From the NCBI GenBank assembly GCA_965261545.1, contig CBDHDF010000011.1:32001-96000 (forward strand): a stretch of DNA of 64,000 nt, written 5' to 3'. The position numbers were made by a program, and so were the translations under genes. The first letter of the stretch is position 1; each line of letters opens with the position of its first letter. Positions 42,137 to 52,043 of the stretch are shown here, piece by piece. The DNA comes from Bdellovibrionales bacterium. Its GTDB lineage: Bacteria; Bdellovibrionota; Bdellovibrionia; Bdellovibrionales; UBA1609. The notes under the pieces were generated by a model. It was not told the DNA's origin. It ran no database searches and saw only the letters and a list, made by a program, of their open reading frames with translations.

Positions 42137-43622
42137 CCTTGCCAAATCCCTAAAGGAGTATAAAAAGGTGAAAGACTTTATGAAAGAAACAGTTTCTGGA
42201 ATCCTAAAGCCATGATTTTGATAACATGAGCCGCTACGAAGAGCCAATTTGATTCTAAATCATATTTTCATATTTGCAGAAATTGAGAAATGATGTCATG
42301 ACCAAGCCCTCGCCCACCTGCCTATCTTCTCCTGAAATATTCACTTGATAGAGGGTGGGAATACTCACTCAAAGGGACTTCAAGTTATCTGAACTTAAGC
42401 CCAGTTCAGGCAGGGAATAAGGGTGTAGGCGATACTCATGAGTCAATGCCGTTTCCTTAAGCCACCACACCCCTCTGCCTCTGCGTTAAGCTATTTCTTT
42501 TAAAAGAACTCCCAGCCCTTTTGATAGACCTTTCATAGCTTCTTTTGAAGTGCCTCCTCTTCTCCATTGAAATCTTCATCAGCAACTTTATCTGCTTCCT
42601 AAATTTCTGATAGAGCCCCGCAACAAAAAGGGGGATGCTATCCATTATGAAATCAAGAATCAGTTTAAAGTTAGGTTTTTTGTAGTCATTTTTTACCAAC
42701 TGATTCACACTGTCTTCATCCTCATTTATGCTCATTTGAATCTTTGTATAATTGAAGAGCCAAAAATAAGAATACAGCTCTTGCAATATTCCATTAAGGC
42801 TTGTTGAGTGCCACTGCTCCATTTTCATTGTCGATGTAAAATCACGAAATGTCGTTTCTATTTCCCAACGACGAGAGTAAAGAGCAACCATATCCTTCTT
42901 GTCCAAGGAGCCATGCGGAAGATTAGTGGCCAAAACAGAGAACTCCCCAGTCTTTGGGTTTTTATACTTATAGAGATGAATGACCACCCCCTCAATAACC
43001 ATTTGTGAATACCAACCTGGGCCATTAAATAAATTTACGATGGGGATAAAAGTAGAGCCTCGCTTACAACGCGCAATAAAGAAGTTACTGGCTTGAGCAT
43101 GGGCCTTAATAATCTCTGTAGATAAATAAAGCCTATCGTAGAGAGTTATGCTATTACTCTCAAAACTACCTATCATTTGAATAGCATTGGCGATTTCGTT
43201 GAGAGCGGGAGAATAGCAAAGATTCTTTGTCACACCCGATAAAACGTCATAAGCATGAGATAGATACATACGTAAGAAATGAGTTTCCATCTCATTTGGG
43301 CAAGGGTACCCACAATAACCCTCCTTTAAAAGATCTTTAGAGCGAGGAAGTGCTAATTGGTCGCCATCTATGGCATAGATATAAAAGCCATGAAACGTTT
43401 TTCTCAATGGTTCGTAGTCTGTAATCAGAGATTCAAAGATATTTTTAAAAAATAGGTAAGAAATACTTTGACGTATCTTGCTGAGACTGCTTTTGACTGG
43501 CATGAGAAGCAGGTCACCAAAATGAGTCCATACCGTCTTAAGAGCGATTTGGTAGCCTTCGTAATTTGTTCCGGAAATAAGATAGATAATAGTAAAAAAG
43601 AAAATTTGAGGATTAAATTTTC

Positions 43623-45343
43623 GGCTATATCCGAGTTTCTCGGAGCCTAAAGTCCAAATTCCCTAGGGAAATAGCTAAAAACTGGATGTACAGGTTATTC
43701 CTAAGATTTGTACATAAAAACACGGAGGACAGGGCTACCAAATCACTTGTGTGGAGAGCCGCCGTTATCCACAAGACTCACCCACAGCAGCGCTGCTTTA
43801 TTGTGGCTCCGAGGGCCATAGCCGCAGCGTCGCCATGGATGAGTCTGTGGATAACTGACTCATCTTGGCGGAGTTAGTATGGGGAGGTGAATTGGAAAAA
43901 GAAATGTTGATCGACAATAAAAACTATAATGTACAAAAACGCTTGGGGAAACTTCCAACAATATCCAAATCCCCAGCACACAAGTAAATCATATTCTCAA
44001 AACCCTGTAGGTTCTTAAATCCTGAAGCCCGATTTTTTATGATCTTTAGAAGGCGATTGATTCCCTCAGCCTTGGCATTTGTGACAGGATCTTTAATGAA
44101 GGAAAGAATATTTTCTTGGTGCTTCCTGAGCATCAAGGCAAACTTTTTCATAGAATCAATGCGTGATCTTAAGGCACGAGTGATCCAGGCATTCAGAAAA
44201 TTCGCAGCATGACCTGGACTCACATAATCCCAGAAATGCTCAAAATTATCTTTAAGCAGCCATGCTCTGAATATTTTATTGTTAGATTTCTCCATGAGGT
44301 TAATTTTACGAGTTTGGGCCTTACTACGAGAGGATGAACTGTAGGCTATCAACCAGCGAGTTCCCTTAATAGCCTTTCTGTCCTTCTTGCAGGCATCTCT
44401 CCAAATTTCTTTTCTCACCTCATCCACAGCCCTGTTGAGGGATTGAATAATGTGAAATTTGTCCAAAACGAGAGTAGCATTCTTACAATGCTCCTTGATA
44501 GAGGAGATGTAGCCTTGAGCCATATCACAACAAGCCACTCTAATTTTGTCTCGCTGATATTGGCTGAGTTCCTTTGTAAAAAAGGAGTCTATTGTCTCCT
44601 TACCCTTACCTTTTCCAATCCAAACGACACAGCCTTTCTTCATGTCGTAAATCAAGGTAATAAACTTCCTTCCCTTAGCATAAGAAATTTCATCGACTCC
44701 AATGACCTCCAAACCACGAATTTTGTGACCATCTCGTTCCCTGTGGATGATTCGATGAATAAGATCAGATAAGGTGGATGTGGGTATCTTGACAAGCTCT
44801 GAAACGGCTTTTTGGGTCATCTGCTTGGTCAGGGTCAGAATTGTTAGTTCCAGACGATAGGTGACTCGACTGAAGTGGTCGGCCCAAGGAATTCTCTCCA
44901 TAATACGACCATGAGTGGGACACAGAACTTCCTTCGGAGAATAATGGAAATAAATGGGGGTACCGCACACGACGATATCTCGCCACACTCTTTCTTCTAA
45001 GCATCTAAGTATCTTACAGCGGCGTCCACAATGAGGACAGCGGCAGCCATTCTTATGGGGTTTAACCCCTAAGTGAAGTTCTTGATTTCGATTTTTAAAT
45101 TTAACCCAAGTCACTTTTAAGAATGATAATTTCAACATCTTTATAATAAACTTATTCAAGACCATGGCATCTCCTGTATTATTTTCCAATAAGTAAATTA
45201 AGAGATTAAACCATGGTTTTGTTATGGGTAAAGTAATGAGGGGGATAAATCATGGAAATTGAATTATTTTCTTGGTTTTTAATGCGGTAATTCTGCAACG
45301 TCGAAATTAGGCCCATTTTCTGTTGAGAAACTCGGATATACCC
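43623..45343 (-). mobile_element. ISL3-family insertion sequence (1721 bp)
   Basis: Inverted repeats GGCTATATCCGAGTTTCTC / GGGTATATCCGAGTTTCTC (18/19 match); 8-bp TSD AAATTTTC at 43615-43622 and 45344-45351. Confidence 0.95.
43924..45165 (-). CDS. ISL3-family transposase (intact)
   Basis: CPHC…CPTH zinc finger, GVDE, CCDM, LDKFH, TNAKAEGIN; AGGAG precedes ATG 45165. Confidence 0.95.
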   Translation of the reverse strand: MVLNKFIIKMLKLSFLKVTWVKFKNRNQELHLGVKPHKNGCRCPHCGRRCKILRCLEERVWRDIVVCGTPIYFHYSPKEVLCPTHGRIMERIPWADHFSRVTYRLELTILTLTKQMTQKAVSELVKIPTSTLSDLIHRIIHRERDGHKIRGLEVIGVDEISYAKGRKFITLIYDMKKGCVVWIGKGKGKETIDSFFTKELSQYQRDKIRVACCDMAQGYISSIKEHCKNATLVLDKFHIIQSLNRAVDEVRKEIWRDACKKDRKAIKGTRWLIAYSSSSRSKAQTRKINLMEKSNNKIFRAWLLKDNFEHFWDYVSPGHAANFLNAWITRALRSRIDSMKKFALMLRKHQENILSFIKDPVTNAKAEGINRLLKIIKNRASGFKNLQGFENMIYLCAGDLDIVGSFPKRFCTL

Positions 45344-45640
45344 AAATTTTCGATTCCTTTTTTGTTTTTCTGGATCGACAAGGTGCTCTGGCTTGAAGGA
45401 AGAATCAAGTTTTGGTAGAATAAAATGGTCATCTGTGACGCGAACTCGTCATTTGGGGGCTTTCGAGATCAATATTGGATTGCATGTGACTTACTCCTTG
45501 GTTGAGGGTTGGGTGTAAAATAAAACAAGTCTTATTCTTGTCGATTTATCTAATAATTTCAAGAGATTTTTCTTAAGGAAACGGCATTGACTCATGAGTA
45601 TAGTGGAGTCAAGTCCAAAATACTCATGAGTATAATGGAA

Positions 45641-47095
45641 TTAGGTCCAAAATACCCATGAGTCAAAGGGGCCTAGAATTTCTAGAAGAAATGCGAAGAG
45701 AATAATAAAAGGGGCTCCCCATCTTATGATCCAACGCCAATGAAAGTAAAAAACAATGGCATTGGAATTGTCTCCATCTATAAACTCCCCACGCCTCACG
45801 GATTCAGCGACCTTATAATAGGCCATCTGACTGATGTAAAGTGCCGATAGGGGAAGCCCCCATTTGACCAGGCCCTTATCAAAAATCATTAAAGAAATAA
45901 AATCAGTGACCTTGCCAAATCCTAAAAAAGACGGGGATAAAAGCAATATAGATACGATACCTACACATAAAGCTCCAATGGAAAACACCACTTTGGGTGA
46001 GCTTGCAGCGGCTCCAGTTAAGCCGTTGGCCACAGCTCCAAAAAGACCAATGCTTGCAGAAAGAGCCATTAAGTAAAGGCACAAGAAGAAACCCACTCCG
46101 ACCAGATTTCCATAGGATAAGCTCGCTAGCAAAGTAGGAACAGTTTGAAACAAAAGGTAAGGAGCTTCTAAAGGTGCTTCTAAAGAATTTCCCACTTGAA
46201 AGCCACCCCCTACTGCCACCAAGGAAAAAATGAGAAGCCCCGTCAGCACGGAAATGCACAGGTCAAACACAGTCACTTGAAAGCCAAACTCTGACAGCAA
46301 GCTTTTTCCGTTCCAACAGTAACCAAGGGCAACAACGGCGCCACAACCAATACTCAAAGTGAAAAAAACATGCCCTAGGGCCTCCAGCAAAGATGAGTGA
46401 TTGAGATTGGAGAAATTGGGGTAGATAAAATATTTCAAACCTTCTTTCGCATTTTCTAAAGAAATGGACTCTATAACAAGCACAATGAGGAGGAACACAA
46501 AAGCGGGTATGATATAGTTTATCCACTTTCTAATGTTGTTTCTAAATCCTTCCCATGCAAAAGTCATCACAATTAAGAAGTGAGTCGAAGTGAATAAATA
46601 TTGCAACCAATCATTTTTTATAAGTGCAAAAATAATTTCACCCGACGGTACTCGATCTTTCCCAAGAAAAGCATCAATAAAATACATAAGAAAATACAAA
46701 ACCCATCCAGAAACTATAGATAAATAAATAAGAACCATAAACGAAAAAGCTAAGAAGAGCTTCTTCATATGAACTGTCCCAAATTTCAGAAATTTGGGCA
46801 TGGGTTTATGTTTATTTTCATCTTTAAGGAATTTTTCTCCATCCATTCTCCAACTTTTTCCAAATAAAAGTTCATTGATTAAGAAAGGAGCACCCACAAT
46901 AAGAGTCAAAATAATGTAGAGAAGCACAAAAGCTCCTCCACCATTTTCAGCAACCACATAGGGGAAACGCCATAAATTCCCTAGGCCAAAGATCGCTCCC
47001 ATGGTCAAAAAATAAAAACTGAATTCCTCCCCTCTGAAGATATGTTGCATAAATGAGTGTTTCATAAAAGAGCGTTTCATAAAAAGACGTTTCAT
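45641..47095 (-). CDS. Sodium-dependent transporter (NSS/SNF family)
   Basis: GLGNLWRFPY…NGGGAF, FFTLSIG. Confidence 0.92.
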   Translation of the reverse strand: MKRLFMKRSFMKHSFMQHIFRGEEFSFYFLTMGAIFGLGNLWRFPYVVAENGGGAFVLLYIILTLIVGAPFLINELLFGKSWRMDGEKFLKDENKHKPMPKFLKFGTVHMKKLFLAFSFMVLIYLSIVSGWVLYFLMYFIDAFLGKDRVPSGEIIFALIKNDWLQYLFTSTHFLIVMTFAWEGFRNNIRKWINYIIPAFVFLLIVLVIESISLENAKEGLKYFIYPNFSNLNHSSLLEALGHVFFTLSIGCGAVVALGYCWNGKSLLSEFGFQVTVFDLCISVLTGLLIFSLVAVGGGFQVGNSLEAPLEAPYLLFQTVPTLLASLSYGNLVGVGFFLCLYLMALSASIGLFGAVANGLTGAAASSPKVVFSIGALCVGIVSILLLSPSFLGFGKVTDFISLMIFDKGLVKWGLPLSALYISQMAYYKVAESVRRGEFIDGDNSNAIVFYFHWRWIIRWGAPFIILFAFLLEILGPFDSWVFWT

Positions 47096-48546
47096 TATGA
47101 AGATCTACCGCTCTTCATAACAAAGAGACGTACAGGAATTCCCTTGAGATTCCAGTTGGCCTTTATTCTCTTGGATAAAAACCTTCTGTAAGAGGGAGAA
47201 ACTCCATCTGGACGATTGGCAAAGGCAATAAAGCTTGGTGGCTTTTGTTTGGTTTGAGTTAAATAATAAAATTTCACATTTTTTGACCCCTCTACAGGAG
47301 CCGGTGCTTGACGAATCACCTCATAAAAAAATTTATTCAGCTGAGATGTCGAAATATGTGTATTCATCTTAGACCAGATATCTTCAACCTTTTCAAAGAG
47401 CTGCTTCAAACCAAACCCCGAAAGAGCACAGATAAAGACAATAGGAATATCTGGAAAAAAATGAAATTGCTTTTCCACTTGCCTATGAAACCACTGACGG
47501 TGGGCAGAACGATGAGACTTTGCTGCATCTACTTTGTTCGCCACTAAAATCACAGGTTTGTGCTCTTCTATAATATATTCAACAATTTTTGCATCTTGCA
47601 CTGTGGGTCCCTCCACGGCATCGACGAGGAGAAAGACTATATCTGAACCATGGATCGCTTTCTTAGAGAATATCGCTGATATTCTTTCCACAGCCCCATG
47701 GCGCTTGGAAGAACGACGCATTCCCGCGGTGTCTACGAGAAGATAATTTTTTGTTCCCATGGAAAAAGAAGCTTCAATGGCATCCACCGTGGTTCCTGCT
47801 CGTTGAGAAACCAACATTCTCTTTTGACCCAAGAGTTGGTTGCACAAAGAACTTTTACCCACATTGGGTTTTCCGACAACACTCAGCTTCACGCAGGATT
47901 CTCGTTCGGAAGAAACTGGGGGGCTTAAGTTTTTTAAAACCCACTCCACAAGGCTGTCCACATTGTCTTGCTTTTCAAAACTTGTGGCTATCAACTCTCC
48001 ACCCAATTCAAAAAAATCACTGAGAATCAAATCCGCTTGGTGCATTTGGTCCACTTTGTTCACCGCAATGACAAAGGGGCACCCCGATTTCTGAGCCATA
48101 CGTACCACATCGGCGTCTTCAGGCACCAGACCTGCACGTCCATCCACAACGACAATCAAAAGATCAAAAGTGTGAAGAAGGCTTAAAATATGATTGCGAA
48201 TCTCAGGGGCAAAGCCCTCTTTTCCCTCTGTGAGACCACCTGTATCCGCCACATCAAATTGTCGGCCCCACCAAGAGGCTGTTTCAATGAGAATGTCTCT
48301 TGTGACTCCCGCCTGATTCCTTACCATGGACTTACGGGTTTTCGTCAGCCGGTTAAACAATGTGGATTTTCCTACATTGGGTCGCCCTACAATGGCGACT
48401 CTCTCATGGATGAAGTCACCTTCATAAGTCGCATTTATGGATTCATCTTCATGGGCGAGGTCACCTTCATCATGAACAGATTCATTTATGGGTTCATCTC
48501 CATGGACGGAGTCACCCTTATGAACAACTTTATTTATTGATGACAT
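47095..48546 (-). CDS. der: Ribosome biogenesis GTPase Der
   Basis: Two G domains (GRPNVGKST, GKPNVGKSS) with two DTxG and NKxD motifs; KH-like C-terminus. Confidence 0.98.
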   Translation of the reverse strand: MSSINKVVHKGDSVHGDEPINESVHDEGDLAHEDESINATYEGDFIHERVAIVGRPNVGKSTLFNRLTKTRKSMVRNQAGVTRDILIETASWWGRQFDVADTGGLTEGKEGFAPEIRNHILSLLHTFDLLIVVVDGRAGLVPEDADVVRMAQKSGCPFVIAVNKVDQMHQADLILSDFFELGGELIATSFEKQDNVDSLVEWVLKNLSPPVSSERESCVKLSVVGKPNVGKSSLCNQLLGQKRMLVSQRAGTTVDAIEASFSMGTKNYLLVDTAGMRRSSKRHGAVERISAIFSKKAIHGSDIVFLLVDAVEGPTVQDAKIVEYIIEEHKPVILVANKVDAAKSHRSAHRQWFHRQVEKQFHFFPDIPIVFICALSGFGLKQLFEKVEDIWSKMNTHISTSQLNKFFYEVIRQAPAPVEGSKNVKFYYLTQTKQKPPSFIAFANRPDGVSPSYRRFLSKRIKANWNLKGIPVRLFVMKSGRSS

Positions 48547-49513
48547 AACCTAAGTCCCTTAAAAGTGACTTCTTTTTTGTCCACTGAACCTTCACTTTGA
48601 CATACAGCTCTAAAAAGACCTTTTGGCCAGTGATTTTTTCAATATCCAAACGAGCTGACTGTCCTATTCTTTTAAGAGTGGACCCACCACGACCTATAAC
48701 AATGGGACGATGTTTTTCTTTGCTTACAATAAGTTCAGCTGAGATATTCAAAATTTCAGGAAGTTCTTGAAAACTTTTGATCTGAACGGCCATTCCATAG
48801 GGTATTTCTTGGTGAAGAAATACAAAGCATTTTTCGCGAATAATTTCTGAAGACAAGGCACGCATATTTTGTGTGGTATAAATATCATTTTCATAAAGTG
48901 GAGGACTCTGAGGTACAAGATTTTTAAGTGTGGGAAGAAGTGTTTCCTTTAAATCTTCAGACCAGTGAGTGGAAGAAGTGATCACAATTTTCTTATTAAA
49001 CTCCTTGAGTTTATTTCTCAGAGCAGCCACTCGATGATCCTGGCTCAAATCGGCCTTACTAATAACAATACACCATGGCTTTGTATCAACAATGGTGTTT
49101 GTGCTAGCAGTTATGCTTGTATCATCAGCTGTGCTTGTATCACCGGCGTTAGAGTTTATAAGTTCCACCACCTCAAGCAGACTTTCTAAGCTCTTGGCGT
49201 CCACATTGAGAACTGCAACAAGGGCATCCACATCACTCATGACAGCGTGCACTTCTTTTTTTAAAAAGCCATGAAGCCCCAACTCTGAAGAAATGATGCC
49301 CGGAGTGTCCACACATAAGAGCTGTGCATCTTGGTCTGAGTAAATGCCCACCACTCGTTGCCGTGTGGTTTGAGGCTTAGAGGTCACAATCCCCACCTTC
49401 TCGCCAATGATTTTATTGATAAGGCTGCTTTTTCCCGCATTGGGAAGACCTACAAATCCTATAAAGCCTGAACGAAAGGGGGTAGGTTCAAGGGCATTCA
49501 CAGAGACACACAA
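48530..49513 (-). CDS. era: GTPase Era
   Basis: GLPNAGKSSL, KPQTTR, DTPG, QEIPY, VIGRGG. Confidence 0.97.
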   Translation of the reverse strand: MCVSVNALEPTPFRSGFIGFVGLPNAGKSSLINKIIGEKVGIVTSKPQTTRQRVVGIYSDQDAQLLCVDTPGIISSELGLHGFLKKEVHAVMSDVDALVAVLNVDAKSLESLLEVVELINSNAGDTSTADDTSITASTNTIVDTKPWCIVISKADLSQDHRVAALRNKLKEFNKKIVITSSTHWSEDLKETLLPTLKNLVPQSPPLYENDIYTTQNMRALSSEIIREKCFVFLHQEIPYGMAVQIKSFQELPEILNISAELIVSKEKHRPIVIGRGGSTLKRIGQSARLDIEKITGQKVFLELYVKVKVQWTKKKSLLRDLGYVINK

Positions 49514-50232
49514 GTGTTTAAGGATTCGATTTGATGGAGTCCTTGGAGCGCAGCTTCTTGTTCTGCCTGTTTTTTACTTTTACCTTCTCCCTGTCCCATG
49601 ACCTGATTTCCTACATAGACTTTCACAAAAAAAGTCTTATCATGGTCAGGTCCTCGATCTTTCACCACTTTGTAAGTGGGAGTCTGTTTAAAAAGTTCCT
49701 GACACTTTTCTTGAAAGTGAGTTTTATAATCACTGCTGTAATAATTTGTAAGGTCTAAGTGAGATAACCTTTCCCGAAAAACATCCTCTATAAACTTGTA
49801 GGCTTTGTCATAGCCAGCATCACAGAAAAGGGCGCCTACAACAGCCTCATAGGTCGAAGCAAGAAGCCGTGGCTTGAGAGAACCACCATTTCTCATCTCC
49901 GCCCAACTGAGTAAGATATTTTGATTAAGGTCTAAATCAAGGGCAATTTCGGCAAGTGTGGTCTCATTCACCAAACTAGCACGCATCTTAGAAAGAGGGC
50001 CTTCATCGAGTTCGGGGTATTTTTGCATCAACATAGATCCCACAGCTAAATCAAGAACGGCATCACCCAAAAATTCCAATCGCTCACTGTGTCCTTTCGA
50101 GGCTCCCTCGGATTCATGGTGATAGCTCTTATGGGTAAGGGCGCTCATAAGAAGACTTGGATTTTGAAAAGTGTGATTCAACTTTTTTTCCATCTTGTCT
50201 TGTTGACTCTCCTGTTTATTACAATTGGGCAT
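49498..50232 (-). CDS. rnc: Ribonuclease III
   Basis: ERLEFLGDAVL signature and dsRBD (GKSKKQAEQEAA). Confidence 0.98.
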   Translation of the reverse strand: MPNCNKQESQQDKMEKKLNHTFQNPSLLMSALTHKSYHHESEGASKGHSERLEFLGDAVLDLAVGSMLMQKYPELDEGPLSKMRASLVNETTLAEIALDLDLNQNILLSWAEMRNGGSLKPRLLASTYEAVVGALFCDAGYDKAYKFIEDVFRERLSHLDLTNYYSSDYKTHFQEKCQELFKQTPTYKVVKDRGPDHDKTFFVKVYVGNQVMGQGEGKSKKQAEQEAALQGLHQIESLNTCVSL

Positions 50233-50527
50233 TATCTTCCCTTTTCATAGCTCCCTTGGGAGAGGGCGTAGAAAGGTGAGTGGATGTATGGATATCTCCC
50301 TGTGAGTTTGAAAGATTTTCAATCTGCTCTTTTTTAGAAGAGTTAGAATGGGAAGAAGAAGAAATTGCAGAAGGTTTGGCCGCCTCAGTTTCATCATCAT
50401 CCAAGCCTTTTTTAAACCCACGAATGGCCTCACCCAATGATTTTCCCAAACCGGGTATTCTCTTTGGACCAAAGAGAAGTAAGATAATAGCTGCTACAAT
50501 TAACATTTGCCAAATAGATGGACTCAT
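50219..50527 (-). CDS. tatA: Twin-arginine translocase TatA/TatE
   Basis: LLFGPKRIPGLGKSLGEAIRGFKK; GGAGG precedes ATG 50527. Confidence 0.95.
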   Translation of the reverse strand: MSPSIWQMLIVAAIILLLFGPKRIPGLGKSLGEAIRGFKKGLDDDETEAAKPSAISSSSHSNSSKKEQIENLSNSQGDIHTSTHLSTPSPKGAMKREDNAQL

Positions 50528-50625
50528 AATAGCCTCCCATACGCCTAGAGATGATAGAATCTGTAAAGCCAAATAACACTATGCTTCCATTTCGTCAAGA
50601 GGATTTTCTAATGTGGTGGTTTCTT

Positions 50626-51894
50626 CTATGACTTTCTCTTTCGATTTTGGTTTTGGTTTTGATTTTGGTTTTGATTTTGGCTTCGGTTTCGATTTTTGTT
50701 CTGGCTTTGATTTTGATTTCGATTTTGGTTGAGTTCTTTTTCAAGTTGATAACCATAGTGGTCTTGATAAAGATTTTCCCAAAATAATAAGTCTGCGGGG
50801 CAAATACAACAAGAGGACTTGGCAAAATTGATGGCCAATGGGTAGGAGGAACTTTGAATGACAGCGAGAAGTGAGGACATCCCTCTTTTTTCAAGCTGCT
50901 TTCTTCGAGCCAATAAATTTTGCATCTGAATGGATCGAGCCACAAAAGCTTGTTCATATTTAAACATACCCAGTTCATCTCTCATTATAGCCAGTAGCTT
51001 CTCATCAGCCATCAATTCGTGGACATGGACCATACCCTCCTTCTCTATAAAGCAACGATAATAGGCATGAATAAATTGGCTGAAAAGAACAAGGGGAACC
51101 TCCTTATCAAGGTAACCATCATGGAATTGGCGAAGCTCATCAATAAAATTTTCACTTTCCATGGATTGATGAATATTGGGAGCAATGGCTTTGAGAACTC
51201 CAAGATCATAGGCTTCTAGGAAAGCGCCCGAGGGGGCGTCAAGCTTCATAAATTTGATAAACTCTTCTCGCCGCCGGGCGAGGGCAGAACCTTGGAGACT
51301 GGAAGCATGATTTTTCAAGTGATAGCGAAGCTGTGAATCTATGGAGAAGTTAAGTTTGTGGGCCAGGCGTATTGCACGGAAAATGCGTATAGAATCTTCC
51401 ACAAGCCGTGTGTTCGGATCGCCAATCATGCGCACAGTTCGAGTTTCTAAGTCCTTGAGGCCGTGACAATAATCCATAAGTTGGTCACTCATGGGATCAT
51501 AGAAAAGTCCATTGATGGTAAAGTCACGGCGATTCGCATCTTCATTGAGAGAGCCAAAGAAATTATCCCCCTCAGAGGCTCCATCTTTCCTGTCCTCCTC
51601 TCGAATATCTCGCCGAAAAGTAGCCACCTCCAGTTGAAGGTCTCCCCTTTTCACTAAAACGAGACGAAATCTCTTCCCAATGACATAGGCATTACTAATA
51701 AGCCTTTTCACTTGGTTAGGGCGAGCGGACGTAGCAATATCAAAGTCTTTGGGCAACTTTCCCACAAGAAGGTCCCTAACACAGCCCCCCACAAGGTAGG
51801 TTTCATGCCCATGTTGCTGAAGAGTCTTGACGATTTCTGTGGCGTGGGGGTTGATAAAGTTGATATGCAGATGAGGTCGAGGTCGTTTCGCCAT
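50626..51894 (-). CDS. pcnB: Poly(A) polymerase PcnB-like
   Basis: LVGGCVRDLL, DFDIAT, PAP signature VIGKRFRLVLV, RRDFTIN; QN-repeat tail. Confidence 0.88.
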   Translation of the reverse strand: MAKRPRPHLHINFINPHATEIVKTLQQHGHETYLVGGCVRDLLVGKLPKDFDIATSARPNQVKRLISNAYVIGKRFRLVLVKRGDLQLEVATFRRDIREEDRKDGASEGDNFFGSLNEDANRRDFTINGLFYDPMSDQLMDYCHGLKDLETRTVRMIGDPNTRLVEDSIRIFRAIRLAHKLNFSIDSQLRYHLKNHASSLQGSALARRREEFIKFMKLDAPSGAFLEAYDLGVLKAIAPNIHQSMESENFIDELRQFHDGYLDKEVPLVLFSQFIHAYYRCFIEKEGMVHVHELMADEKLLAIMRDELGMFKYEQAFVARSIQMQNLLARRKQLEKRGMSSLLAVIQSSSYPLAINFAKSSCCICPADLLFWENLYQDHYGYQLEKELNQNRNQNQSQNKNRNRSQNQNQNQNQNQNRKRKS

Positions 51895-52043
51895 AGAGGG
51901 CATAATGAAGGCAACAAGGTAAAAATGCAACATCGGGGGACGAAAATGTCCTCATACAACATACGAGAGATAAAAATGTCCATACTTAAACAACTCCATC
52001 GCCGCAAATTTACTCGTCGCATTAAAAAATATGTATAAATTAT

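Larger units (their letters stand above)
42457..45485 (-). pseudogene. IS4-family DDE transposase split by ISL3
   Basis: YAIDG, LYDRLY and YSRRWEIE (YREK-type) motifs. Removing ISL3 plus one TSD rejoins …EKQKRNRKF|NPQIFFF… in frame. The SD-preceded ATG at 45485 is itself out of frame. Confidence 0.9.
42444..45589 (-). mobile_element. IS4-family insertion sequence (native length ~1417 bp), interrupted by ISL3
   Basis: Perfect 18-bp terminal inverted repeats CAATGCCGTTTCCTTAAG (42444-42461 and 45572-45589); 10-bp TSD ACTCATGAGT (42434-42443 and 45590-45599). Confidence 0.95.

Noticed and set aside
42137..42430. Possible gene remnant after the pilin-like gene
   Set aside because: No recognisable motif; the frames are short and interrupted.
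43765..43854. Chromosomal origin (oriC) from DnaA boxes
   Set aside because: Only two boxes, inside an IS, with no dnaA/gidA context or evident unwinding element.
45352..45372. Programmed -1 frameshift at AAAAAAG in the IS4 5' region
   Set aside because: Slippage at this motif would not lead into the transposase frame.
45588..45665. Mini-CRISPR from palindromic repeats
   Set aside because: The intervening sequences resemble each other and derive from the NSS gene end, so this is a tandem duplication.
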